From Nanobdellota archaeon (GTDB lineage: Archaea; Nanobdellota; Nanobdellia; Woesearchaeales; GW2011-AR9): a stretch of 46,263 nucleotides of DNA. Each line of letters begins with the position of its first letter. Position 1 is the stretch's first letter. A program made the translations under genes and the position numbers. Location of the stretch: positions 1 to 46,263 of the forward strand of contig JAUSJN010000011.1 in the NCBI GenBank assembly GCA_030647325.1, in the 5' to 3' direction. The notes beneath the pieces are model-generated. The model made no database searches. It saw only the letters and a program-made list of their open reading frames with translations, and was not told the DNA's origin. Below, in pieces: positions 24,895-34,588 of the stretch.

Positions 24895-25738
24895 GGATAA
24901 CAGCCTTGAACACATACATGCGCAGCCAGGCCAGGAAGAAAGCAGCCACTACCACATTTAACAAGGTAGAGTAGAGAGGATAGAAGATCAGCATCTTCTT
25001 GATGGGCAGCAGGATGACTGTCGCTATCAATGCGCTCACAGTGGCAAATAAGACTAACAACAATACTTTTTTCCATTGTTTTTTGAAAGCGCTGAACCCT
25101 GCTCCGACAGAATCCCAAGCTTTATACGACTTGACAAAATTATTGTAGATAAGGAAAATGATCACCATAAATAACACTACCACATAAAACAGCGCCGCTC
25201 CGTCCACCACTAAACGTATATTTTCCATCAGATTGCTGTGAGTAAGGTAAAAGACCGGCATAAGTTTTGGTGGAATATTCAGCAACAGCATCATAACTAT
25301 CTTTACGATCAAAAGCACACCTAAGAACAGCAGGAACGGAACAAACAAGGAAAGATTGAGCAGATTCCAGCGCCAGTAATTGTTGGCAGTCACTTTTTTC
25401 CCCTGCAGATAATTCCATATCCTGGCGTGAGAGTAGGAGAATAAGAACACTGAGCCGATAAGGAGGATGACCAATCCTGCCAATGAGGTGACAAGAAACC
25501 ATTTCAATGAAGTCAGGAATGGCGCTAACTGTTCCGGGTTTAAAGAAAGCATCATCTGCTGCAGTTCAGCAGTAGTACGGCCCTGCAATAATTCTAACGA
25601 GCGCCGCTGGGTGTAGGAAGAAAACCAGATGAAGGAGAAGATGATGAGAGAGAGAGAAGCAAGGTCTATCAGGAAAGTAGCAGCAAATCTTTTTTCCAGC
25701 TTGAATGAATCAAGATAATGTTGGATGTTTTTGTTCAT
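24881..25738 (-). CDS. Polytopic membrane protein (about 6 TM)
   Basis: Multiple long hydrophobic segments; overlaps the DUF167 start. Confidence 0.8.
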   Translation of the reverse strand: MNKNIQHYLDSFKLEKRFAATFLIDLASLSLIIFSFIWFSSYTQRRSLELLQGRTTAELQQMMLSLNPEQLAPFLTSLKWFLVTSLAGLVILLIGSVFLFSYSHARIWNYLQGKKVTANNYWRWNLLNLSLFVPFLLFLGVLLIVKIVMMLLLNIPPKLMPVFYLTHSNLMENIRLVVDGAALFYVVVLFMVIIFLIYNNFVKSYKAWDSVGAGFSAFKKQWKKVLLLVLFATVSALIATVILLPIKKMLIFYPLYSTLLNVVVAAFFLAWLRMYVFKAVIHGHQ

Positions 25739-25776
25739 GGTTGTTCAATGCGCAGTGCGGTATATAATAATTTCTC

Positions 25777-28269
25777 CTACCAGTCCGTATTCCTGCTTAC
25801 TTGCCCATGGCTGACCGTAACGCTGGCCGCTTCTTGTCCGGAACGCTCCCAGTTGACTTGGCCTACCTTAGAGATAAATCCGTCAATCTCATTACCCTCA
25901 TCGTCATAGCGGTCAAAACACACTTCTCCTATCGGTTCTCTGGCATCAGCAGCCCCAAAGGTCAATGCTCCGCCGATCACGCCGCCGGCAGAACCGGCAG
26001 TCAAAGGAGGTTGATTCCAGACGATACAGGCCCGGTCATACTCTTCAGTTGAATATTTGATGATGGCATCTCGGTCTCGATCACCATTCTGTAGCTGGAT
26101 GGGTGAGGCGACATTGCCATCGGAGTTGTACATCGGGACCGCACCTGGATAGAGGAAGATATTGAATGACACCGCGACACCATTTTCATCCACTAACGGG
26201 GTAAAAGTTTCATCTTGCGGAGCTGAGACGGCCCAGGTAACTTTATAGAAATATCCTTTCAACGGCTCTTTACTATCTGGATCATTATCGCGGTCCTGAT
26301 CTGCATAACAGAAATTTTCATCTATGCATACTTGCTTACTGTCGCAGATAAATAATTCTTCCGACTCCTCATCAGGATTCTTGTGACAAAGGATCGGCGA
26401 GGTTTCCGGCGAGCGTTCCATCTGGATAGACGCAATTGTCTGGTAAGTGCCAGAAGGGGTCTTTAATATCGCTTTTCCTTCTGGTTCAAGATCCTGCCAA
26501 TGATTAAATCCTACTTCACAGATGACTGAATTCCAGATATTTTCTCCTAATAACGGAGCGAAGGCAGCATCTTGCTGAGCACGCCAATTTCTGAAAAAGT
26601 CTGTCTCTCCAAATAAGAGATTGCTGATAGCCGGATATGATTTGAGATTATTAGTTATAGCGTAGATGGATTGGATAACTCCTCGTGCCGTCGCTGAATC
26701 ACCTTGAGAGGTCGATTCAATAGCTTCAAGTTTCGGCAGTATCTCAGGTTTACTCAAGAAGTCATCTGCCTGGACGGTTGCATCTTGGTCAGGACCATCC
26801 ACCAGTTCTTTGGTCGCCCATTTTCCATTCTCATCTTTATACATAAGCGCCTTATCTCCAGTTTGAAGAGTGACTTCATACAGGCCAGTATAGCCGATCG
26901 CTTGTCCCTTATCATTTAATTTTCTTTCAGCGAAAACACTTGTCCCGTCCGTAAGCTTGGTCCCTTCCTGATTTCCAGTAAGAGGGTTAAAGTATTCTAC
27001 CTCTTCTACATTCTCTGGTTTAGCACGATCCGCTCCCGTGGTTTTATATTCATAATCCACCAGATACCGCTGCCCAGACAAGGTAGCAGTCCCTCCTGTC
27101 GGCACCACACAGCCACCTTTTGTTCCACATCCAGATACGCCATCTTTGTAATAATCAACCTTGAGGTTTTCTTCCTCTCCGGTCTTGGTGTTAGTGCGCT
27201 GCATGGTTTCTTTTTCATAGTCAACGGCAGTGAAAACATCTTCTTCTAATTTCATAAATCCTGAAGGTCCTTCTTTTCCGGGCAATTGGATGCCCTCTTC
27301 AAGGTCGCCTAAACTGTCACTAATTTTTTGGTCTTTAGGGAAATTATATGATTTTTCTCCTACTTTCACTTTCCCATCAGGAGTTTGAGTTGCCAATATC
27401 TGGCCATCTCTAGCGATGGATGTCTCCAATAAACTTCCACCCTGAGCACGTTCTACTACCTGCACCCCAAATTCTTTGTCCTCATGGACGGTTATTACTC
27501 CTCCCGCACCACGCATGACCAGTGTGCCGTCCTCTCTGGTAAAAACTTCTTTCACTTTGAGAGTTTTCGCATATTGTCCATACGTATTTTTGCCAAGTAT
27601 AGATTCAAGATTAGATTTAGCTTGGGGTTGAATTTTTGCAGCCACTTCATTCTCTTTGAACTTTTTGAATGCTGCTGCTTCTGTTGCTTTTACTCCTGTG
27701 CCGTCGGCGTTAGTAATAAAAAATTCTCCTTTATCATTCTTGTAAACAGTCCCTGATTTTTTAAATTCAGCATCGGTTTCTTTAGTCCAGGTAGGAATAT
27801 CTACAAGCTGAGGCCCCTTAGTAACAACAACGTCCCCAAGATTGACATTTTGAGCTGCTACCGGCGGAGTAAATATCTTTCCTTGTGCATATGACGACGG
27901 AGCATCCGGCAGTCTCTCTAAAATAATTAGCGTTCCTGCTGGCTGTGCAGTAATTGTCTTTGGATCCTCCTGAGATTGGAGATACAGAAATCCATCAGCA
28001 TCTTTCAGAATTAAAACTCCCCCCACCGTCATTTTACCAGTATAAGTATAGGTTGGAGTTTTTCCCGCTTCTCCCACTAACGCGCTTCGATCAAACCAGG
28101 CTCTGCCTGCACGGGCTTCCTGGCTGCCGAAGAAGAACTGCCACACTGTACATCCTAACCCGCATTCTTCAGCAACAGTTTCTTGGTTATCTGTCTCCTG
28201 CGCCAACGCGAAGATAGAACTACACAAAAGGAAGAGTACAACGACACTCACTAGTTTTGCTGCTTTCAT
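25777..28269 (-). CDS. Large exported protein (830 aa), beta-rich with Cys clusters
   Basis: Signal peptide ending ALA; ALVGEA motif; ATGA overlap with the upstream gene; GAGGA SD. Confidence 0.85.
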   Translation of the reverse strand: MKAAKLVSVVVLFLLCSSIFALAQETDNQETVAEECGLGCTVWQFFFGSQEARAGRAWFDRSALVGEAGKTPTYTYTGKMTVGGVLILKDADGFLYLQSQEDPKTITAQPAGTLIILERLPDAPSSYAQGKIFTPPVAAQNVNLGDVVVTKGPQLVDIPTWTKETDAEFKKSGTVYKNDKGEFFITNADGTGVKATEAAAFKKFKENEVAAKIQPQAKSNLESILGKNTYGQYAKTLKVKEVFTREDGTLVMRGAGGVITVHEDKEFGVQVVERAQGGSLLETSIARDGQILATQTPDGKVKVGEKSYNFPKDQKISDSLGDLEEGIQLPGKEGPSGFMKLEEDVFTAVDYEKETMQRTNTKTGEEENLKVDYYKDGVSGCGTKGGCVVPTGGTATLSGQRYLVDYEYKTTGADRAKPENVEEVEYFNPLTGNQEGTKLTDGTSVFAERKLNDKGQAIGYTGLYEVTLQTGDKALMYKDENGKWATKELVDGPDQDATVQADDFLSKPEILPKLEAIESTSQGDSATARGVIQSIYAITNNLKSYPAISNLLFGETDFFRNWRAQQDAAFAPLLGENIWNSVICEVGFNHWQDLEPEGKAILKTPSGTYQTIASIQMERSPETSPILCHKNPDEESEELFICDSKQVCIDENFCYADQDRDNDPDSKEPLKGYFYKVTWAVSAPQDETFTPLVDENGVAVSFNIFLYPGAVPMYNSDGNVASPIQLQNGDRDRDAIIKYSTEEYDRACIVWNQPPLTAGSAGGVIGGALTFGAADAREPIGEVCFDRYDDEGNEIDGFISKVGQVNWERSGQEAASVTVSHGQVSRNTDW

Positions 28270-31200
28270 ATCACATCCTCACCGACCGCATCACAGTAAT
28301 TCAATCCGCCATTGCTGAAATCTTCTATGACCGTAGTCAGGAAGCCAACGATATTTTCCAAGGTGTCGAAAATTTTCCAAATATAATTTGCTATCGTACA
28401 TCCCCCTGAAAGAGTACCACTAATACTGCAGGAAATACCGCAGCCGACAACGGTTAAGGTATGAGCTATGGCAAAAGGATCAGCAAATGCTCTAGCTAGC
28501 CCGCCGATCACTTGATCCCAGAACTGGGAGAAAGGAATGATGTACCACAATTCTCCGACCACATATTTACACACTAATAAGTCTTCTAATTCTTCACACA
28601 TGGCGATAGTAGCTAATCCGGAACGTACATCGTTCTCCAGACACATTATTTTACGGCATTTAATCTGCCGGAATTGGTCAAGATTCTTGATTATTCCAGG
28701 TACACATAATCCGGCAAAGGAAAGGAATAAGTTGTCTCTGATATCTCGTGCTGGGAATACTTCTTTTTCACCTAATGGATCGCCTGGCGCTTTCAGCAAT
28801 TCTACTTTATAGATCTCCAGAATAAAAGACTGCCATTCACCGTACCAGCCTAGATTCGTGCCTGGACGGCAGGATAAGACTTGAATTATCTGATCAAAAA
28901 TACTGCCTCCTTCATCAGCTGCTTTTGAACCACCAGTCATTCCAAAACAAAAAGCTACCTGCTCTGCTTTACCGCCATACGGGTTTGCCTGAAGTGCGTC
29001 ACCGGCAGATTTTGCAGTTTCAAATAACCTGACAACCCCAGTAATAATATTATAGATCTGGATCAGATAATCAGCCCATTTCAATATCTCTGCCAGTACG
29101 CCGATAATATCCCAGACAGTACTGATATCATCTCGGGCATCTTGTAATACTTGATCTAAACTTTCATCCTGCGCACCTAATTCAGAAAAGGCAAATGGTA
29201 CGATAACCGTGACTTGCTGCACTTCGGCTGCTCTTACCGCATTCTTACCTACTTGAGAAAATATCTTGAAGGTACAGAGATATTCAACTTCTTGTTTGAC
29301 AAATTGAGTCTCTTGATTCTGTCCGATCTGGAATAATTCCCGGCCATTGAAAGGTTCAAACTCAATGATCACATTCGGAGAAGGCGCATAATCACCTATA
29401 GCAGAGACACCGCCATATAATATCGCCCTGCTGATCACCGGAGCATTTACTGTTGGTTGATCGGCGTCAGCTTCTGGAATCGCGCAATTGACTAACTGGA
29501 TATCCAATGCTTTTACATCACTTACGTCAGCGCTCAGTAACATCTTAAACGGCAACCGAGTATAGGTCAATGGTGTGGTATCCAAATCAATAAATGCGCC
29601 TTCACCACCAAGAGGAGTTACTTTCTTCACTTCCCAGAAATCCGGATTTTCTTCGGTGGTCAAACCTAGTAGATCAATAGTGATAGTCGCTCCTTCCTCA
29701 CCGCTTCTAAATCTTTTGAGATTTTGAGGCTCATCTTCCGGCAAAGGCCAGCTTACTGCATCATTCCCGGCCGTGTCTTGCACCTGGACATCTACTTCAA
29801 GGCCGGATTCTGGACCGCTCTTGATAGGATCGGTCTCCAATTCACATTCCCATCGTCCTTCAGCTCTGATACAATCGTCTTCGGTAAAGATGACCCAGCC
29901 GTCTTCATCAATAAAGTCATTAGCCGGATAGGTGTTCTCGGCATCTAATAACAAGTCCTGCACATTGACTAATACGCGCACACCGCCGGCTTCAGACACG
30001 CGCACTACTAATTTAAACCGGTCATTGCTCTGGAAATAATCCTTATCGCCTACTTCAGAGACACCAAAGACTTCTATTTCCTCAACCTTAGGTCCGGTGT
30101 TATCTACTACAAATTCAGATTCAGGAGCAAGACCTTCATTGCCGACATTGTCCCGGAACCGAGACAAGCCAAGTGTTAATACTCCTTCATTGACCTCTTC
30201 ATCAACATCCCAATAGCATTCCAGAATTCCGTTCTCTTCCTCACAGGCAGTCGGTTCAGCAAGATTGCTCAATCCAAATCCAGCTAAATTTGCCCGGATA
30301 CCGTCTTTGCTTATGCCAGCGCCCTGATCTTCAGTCCGTAAAATAATCTTATTCTCTCCGCTCTTCACATAACTTTTTCCTTCAAACTGTCTGACCGTGC
30401 CGAAGAATTTGATAGTCGGCGCGGAATTGTCAACTACAAATGATGAAGACAAACTTTTTTCTGCTGCGTTGCCTTTCTCATCAGTTACTTTCACCAATAC
30501 GCTGACGGTTCCGGCAGGATTGACGTTGACATTATTCCAAGCACAATGCCAGAGGTCATCAACATCAGCATCTGCCTCACAAGCGGCTTGATCACCGTCA
30601 AGATCCGCCTGCTGAGAATACCCGGTTACGGTAGGAACGCTTTTCTCTATCACATCAACCTGTATATCGGTGGAAGAGGCAAATTGCCCGATGAATTGCC
30701 CATACTTAGTAAAGTTCAGTTCATTTCCGATGAGCGGTTTGACAAAATCAGCAAAGAATGATACCGAAGGACTGAACGAGACATGCCCTAAATTATCTTC
30801 AGCACGGACTTTTAGCCTCTTGCTGCCTTCGCCAGTCATGGTGGCTTGCAAGATCCCTTCGTATCCTGCATCACTGAGGTAACTGAAGGTCTCTGTTCCG
30901 GCAGGCAGATCAATCGTCTGCAAAACCGTTCCAGTATCGCCATCAATAATATCAATCTTCTTCAATCCTGCAGAAGGTACGCCGCTTTTTTTATCATTGA
31001 CCGTGAAATCTATCTTCACTTTTCCGTCCTGAGCTTGGCTTGCTTTTCCCGGAGAGAAGAATACCTGCGGAGCGGAACCATCTGCTTTGATCACATCACC
31101 AGAGGAAGCGGATTCAAGCTTCAAGGCTAGATTCATAAATGAATAGATGACCTGGAAAGCATATTCTCCTTCTTGGATGCCATCGGTAAGCGGGCTGATA

Positions 31201-31508
31201 TATTTACATAATACTCCCAAGGTGCTTGGTGAACAGGAAGTGAAAGAAGCTTGATTATCCCCAATCTTGATCTTGACATCTTCCGGCTTGACGCTGCTAT
31301 TGGTCCCTGCGCCAGAGATCAGCGCTTCGACCGTCCAGACATCGCCCTGCGCATCGACGTGCTGCGGAATTTCTGCTTCGCCTTGATTTTTTGTAATCTG
31401 CACTGACGCGGCAAGAGCACTGGCAGAATACACCGGCATGGTCAAGACTAGCATAACCATAAACAAGCCGACCATGCTCCAGATGCTTTTCACGTTTTGT
31501 TTTTTCAT
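28266..31508 (-). CDS. Large exported protein (1080 aa) with Ig-like repeats and hydrophobic Cys-rich C-terminus
   Basis: Signal peptide; repeated DxxG(N/H)...DxxxP motifs (AEDNLGH, VTDEKGN, FRDNVGN, VQDTAGN; VVDNSAP, VVDNTGP). Confidence 0.85.
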   Translation of the reverse strand: MKKQNVKSIWSMVGLFMVMLVLTMPVYSASALAASVQITKNQGEAEIPQHVDAQGDVWTVEALISGAGTNSSVKPEDVKIKIGDNQASFTSCSPSTLGVLCKYISPLTDGIQEGEYAFQVIYSFMNLALKLESASSGDVIKADGSAPQVFFSPGKASQAQDGKVKIDFTVNDKKSGVPSAGLKKIDIIDGDTGTVLQTIDLPAGTETFSYLSDAGYEGILQATMTGEGSKRLKVRAEDNLGHVSFSPSVSFFADFVKPLIGNELNFTKYGQFIGQFASSTDIQVDVIEKSVPTVTGYSQQADLDGDQAACEADADVDDLWHCAWNNVNVNPAGTVSVLVKVTDEKGNAAEKSLSSSFVVDNSAPTIKFFGTVRQFEGKSYVKSGENKIILRTEDQGAGISKDGIRANLAGFGLSNLAEPTACEEENGILECYWDVDEEVNEGVLTLGLSRFRDNVGNEGLAPESEFVVDNTGPKVEEIEVFGVSEVGDKDYFQSNDRFKLVVRVSEAGGVRVLVNVQDLLLDAENTYPANDFIDEDGWVIFTEDDCIRAEGRWECELETDPIKSGPESGLEVDVQVQDTAGNDAVSWPLPEDEPQNLKRFRSGEEGATITIDLLGLTTEENPDFWEVKKVTPLGGEGAFIDLDTTPLTYTRLPFKMLLSADVSDVKALDIQLVNCAIPEADADQPTVNAPVISRAILYGGVSAIGDYAPSPNVIIEFEPFNGRELFQIGQNQETQFVKQEVEYLCTFKIFSQVGKNAVRAAEVQQVTVIVPFAFSELGAQDESLDQVLQDARDDISTVWDIIGVLAEILKWADYLIQIYNIITGVVRLFETAKSAGDALQANPYGGKAEQVAFCFGMTGGSKAADEGGSIFDQIIQVLSCRPGTNLGWYGEWQSFILEIYKVELLKAPGDPLGEKEVFPARDIRDNLFLSFAGLCVPGIIKNLDQFRQIKCRKIMCLENDVRSGLATIAMCEELEDLLVCKYVVGELWYIIPFSQFWDQVIGGLARAFADPFAIAHTLTVVGCGISCSISGTLSGGCTIANYIWKIFDTLENIVGFLTTVIEDFSNGGLNYCDAVGEDVI

Positions 31509-31536
31509 GATTTATTTTTAGTTTATGTATTTATCA

Positions 31537-33924
31537 TCATTCAAATAGCGGTTCTAATTGCGGCCGTAATTGCTGCGAGAGGTTTCCCAGTTCAGCCATC
31601 ACATTCAGATCTTCCAGGATGCGTACATGTTCCAGTTCCGGAACCCCTTCCAAGTTGAAGGTCAAGACATTGAAGATTATGGTATCAGTACTGTAGGCTT
31701 GTTCAGGAGTGATGGTCAGATAACTCTTGGGCTGATCCCATTGCAATCTTCCCAGCAATAATTCATCCAATACCTGCTCTTCGTAGATGAAACAGGTTTC
31801 TGGAATAGGTATGGGTAGGAACAATCCACCGGTACACCGTTCTTCTTCAGGAATAGTCAATGATGTTGAACTCGTTATCAAGGCAGTCACTTCGTACACG
31901 CCTGGAACTAATTCTAATGACGCAGTTCCATCTCCAGTTACTGTTGCAGCAGAGGAAAATTCTTCACTATATACTCCAGGAACAGTATCGGAAACACGCT
32001 TCAGCATCACTATGGCAGTCTCTTCTTCGCCAAGCGGCTTGGCAAGATTCAGGAACGACCAGCTGTGCTGTTTATCCAAAGCTTCCGGAGAATAGGTAAC
32101 CACGGGACTTCCAGACGCAGCGAATAATCCTTGGGTGAAACATTCTTTATCCTTTCCATCTTCGTCAGCGATACATTTTTCTAAACTTTTCTTGCGCACC
32201 GACATGTTCACGAATACTTTTTTGTGTAAAGGAACTACTAATTCAGGAGCGCCGGCCACTGCATAGCCGATAGTGCCGGAAGTCTCTTTGAATCTATAGG
32301 TATCGACAGGATAAAAATTAGTCAGATATTCATCTTTCACAAAGGAAGCGACTCCGCCGTATACGGCAGGATATTTGCTTTCAAAAGTACCTTGATGATT
32401 AGTGCTTCCCATAGCGCAATCGTCTTGTTCAGGGATAGAAAATCCAATCTGTACCGCTTCTAATGGTTCAAGGTTGCTACTGTCTACGACCACAGTTTTT
32501 ACTAATTGAGTGTTGCGCTTTTTAGGATCGCAGACCATGCTTTTCTGTTCCAAGGCGATGGGCGCAGGCTGCACATAGCCTTCCACGGGGACTTGGTTGT
32601 TGCGCAGATTTGCTTCCAGGGCAAAGGCAAAGGTAAATCCTCGGCCTTCCAAAGCGTTTGGATCACGCAAGGTGATCAAAACTGGATAACTGATATCATA
32701 GGTAGAATAATAACGCTGGATATCTAAGGGAATTTTTGGCAGCGGAGGCACCATAGGACCATAGAAAATGCTCGGTTCAATGTTACCGCCCTTATCATTC
32801 ATGTCAAAATAAGTATTCCAGCCGAAGTAATCAAAGTTCACTTCCATCCCTGATGCTGCATCCAAAGGCAGGATCATGTTATCATAATGTTTCTGGTAGA
32901 GATCACGCAAGTCTAGAGAGACTCCTTCTTGCTGCGGATATTCAAAACGGTAAAAGTTAGTGCTTCCTAAATAGCGCAGCAAAGGAACGCTGGAAGTCAG
33001 TAAATTTTCTGTCTTTAATTTTACATCTGACTCGGCCCAAATCACCGGTACGGGAGAGTTGAAAGTCATCTGTTCCATGGGCGGCAGGCGGTTGTAATCC
33101 ACGCCGGCATAGGCAGTCAATAGATCCAGTGCCTGCAACTCCAAGAAACTGTGATTTTTTTCTACGGCAGTAAGTTCTGCAGCAGCAGCATACATCTGTT
33201 TCAGGCGGATAGGGACAGGGACATAAAACTGGTTCATCTCGATCTCCGCATCGCCCTTACCAGCTTCCAGATCCATCTTCAGCCAGAAATTGACGCTTTG
33301 ATCAGCGACAGTCACTTTTATCTCTTTCAGATCTTCTGAACCTTCCTGCAGAGCAGGAGCATTCACCACAAACCCTTCCGCTGCAAAAGCTGCATAATCA
33401 TCAAGGCATTCAGCGATATTTTCTTCTGTAAATCTGGATAGTTGGGTTTCAATACTCAACTCGGGATCATCTACAGCATATAAAGCAGGTTTTTTAGAAG
33501 CATAGGAGATCTGCGGATTTTCATTGGGCAGGACATTGTAATACCAGTAGGGAACTTTGATCGGTTCAAGATCGACACCATCAGCATTGGTCGGATCATT
33601 GACAGAATAAGTTCCAGCCAATTCCGGATAGATGTAGCCGCCTTGCTGGCCGAGAACTAACAGGCCGCGCCTTCCTACCTGAGCTAGACAGTTTTCGGTG
33701 TATGTTTGGAGTGGCTGGAATTCCTGCGGGACGGCAGCGATGATAGGTGCGCCTGCTGCGGTCAATTCTTCTTTGGTAACCACTTTGGTGATGTAAAGGA
33801 TACCGGCGAAAGCAAATACTATGAGCACCCCGATGATGATAAAAATAGTGACCTGCCCTTGTTTAGAAGGGAGATTATACAGACTACTAAAATTACTACT
33901 AGAACTACCTCTTTTTTGCTTCAT
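31537..33924 (-). CDS. Large class III signal peptide (pilin-like) protein (795 aa)
   Basis: KQG|QVTIFIIIGVLIVFAFAGILYI prepilin-like N-terminus; YTENCL...LGQQGGYI pattern. Confidence 0.8.
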   Translation of the reverse strand: MKQKRGSSSSNFSSLYNLPSKQGQVTIFIIIGVLIVFAFAGILYITKVVTKEELTAAGAPIIAAVPQEFQPLQTYTENCLAQVGRRGLLVLGQQGGYIYPELAGTYSVNDPTNADGVDLEPIKVPYWYYNVLPNENPQISYASKKPALYAVDDPELSIETQLSRFTEENIAECLDDYAAFAAEGFVVNAPALQEGSEDLKEIKVTVADQSVNFWLKMDLEAGKGDAEIEMNQFYVPVPIRLKQMYAAAAELTAVEKNHSFLELQALDLLTAYAGVDYNRLPPMEQMTFNSPVPVIWAESDVKLKTENLLTSSVPLLRYLGSTNFYRFEYPQQEGVSLDLRDLYQKHYDNMILPLDAASGMEVNFDYFGWNTYFDMNDKGGNIEPSIFYGPMVPPLPKIPLDIQRYYSTYDISYPVLITLRDPNALEGRGFTFAFALEANLRNNQVPVEGYVQPAPIALEQKSMVCDPKKRNTQLVKTVVVDSSNLEPLEAVQIGFSIPEQDDCAMGSTNHQGTFESKYPAVYGGVASFVKDEYLTNFYPVDTYRFKETSGTIGYAVAGAPELVVPLHKKVFVNMSVRKKSLEKCIADEDGKDKECFTQGLFAASGSPVVTYSPEALDKQHSWSFLNLAKPLGEEETAIVMLKRVSDTVPGVYSEEFSSAATVTGDGTASLELVPGVYEVTALITSSTSLTIPEEERCTGGLFLPIPIPETCFIYEEQVLDELLLGRLQWDQPKSYLTITPEQAYSTDTIIFNVLTFNLEGVPELEHVRILEDLNVMAELGNLSQQLRPQLEPLFE

Positions 33925-33992
33925 TCTATCAACCGTGAGTAAAGAATAATAATATATAAAGGTTACTGAGAAGCAGCCTCTAGGTTTTGAGC

Positions 33993-34487
33993 TTATTTAT
34001 TATGATAAGTTGCTACTACTTTACCATCACGGAGCTTTTCTATTTTAGAAGGATGTTCAACTGGTCTGTACTCACGTCCTACCCAATGGGAAAGGGGGTT
34101 ATGATGAAGATCTACTTCAAAACTTTTTTCATATTCTTCCTGGCCCTTGAGGATATAAGCGCGGATAGTATCTCCTGCTTCAAGATGAGGCCAGCCGTTG
34201 AAATTCAGTCTTTCCACCTGATTTTTACTTTTTACTTTTATTTCAGTTTGATACGTATGACCACCACCATATGAAGGAGAACTTCCTCCGATAACCATTT
34301 CTGAATCAGGAGTGAACGAAGTTGAACCCTGATAACCATTAACTTCCAGAACAGTACATTCTAAGCCTACAGTCAATTCTTCTTTGGTTTTTGCTCGTGC
34401 CCGCAAGTCTTGGTTTTGTTTTTCCGTTTCATGTCTGGCACTTTCAAATAGATCGTCAACGCTAACACCTTCTAATGGGTCTGTCAT
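33993..34487 (-). CDS. Hypothetical protein (possible OB-like beta-barrel)
   Basis: 164-aa ORF with its own TATA-like element; beta-strand-rich; fold is a guess. Confidence 0.7.
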   Translation of the reverse strand: MTDPLEGVSVDDLFESARHETEKQNQDLRARAKTKEELTVGLECTVLEVNGYQGSTSFTPDSEMVIGGSSPSYGGGHTYQTEIKVKSKNQVERLNFNGWPHLEAGDTIRAYILKGQEEYEKSFEVDLHHNPLSHWVGREYRPVEHPSKIEKLRDGKVVATYHNK

Positions 34488-34588
34488 AATATACCTGTTT
34501 AAAAAAAAGGTTTAAATTATTTGTTGTAGTTGAGTATATACAAATGGCTTAAATTTTCGAAGAGAATTTATGTTCTTAGGCATATAAT

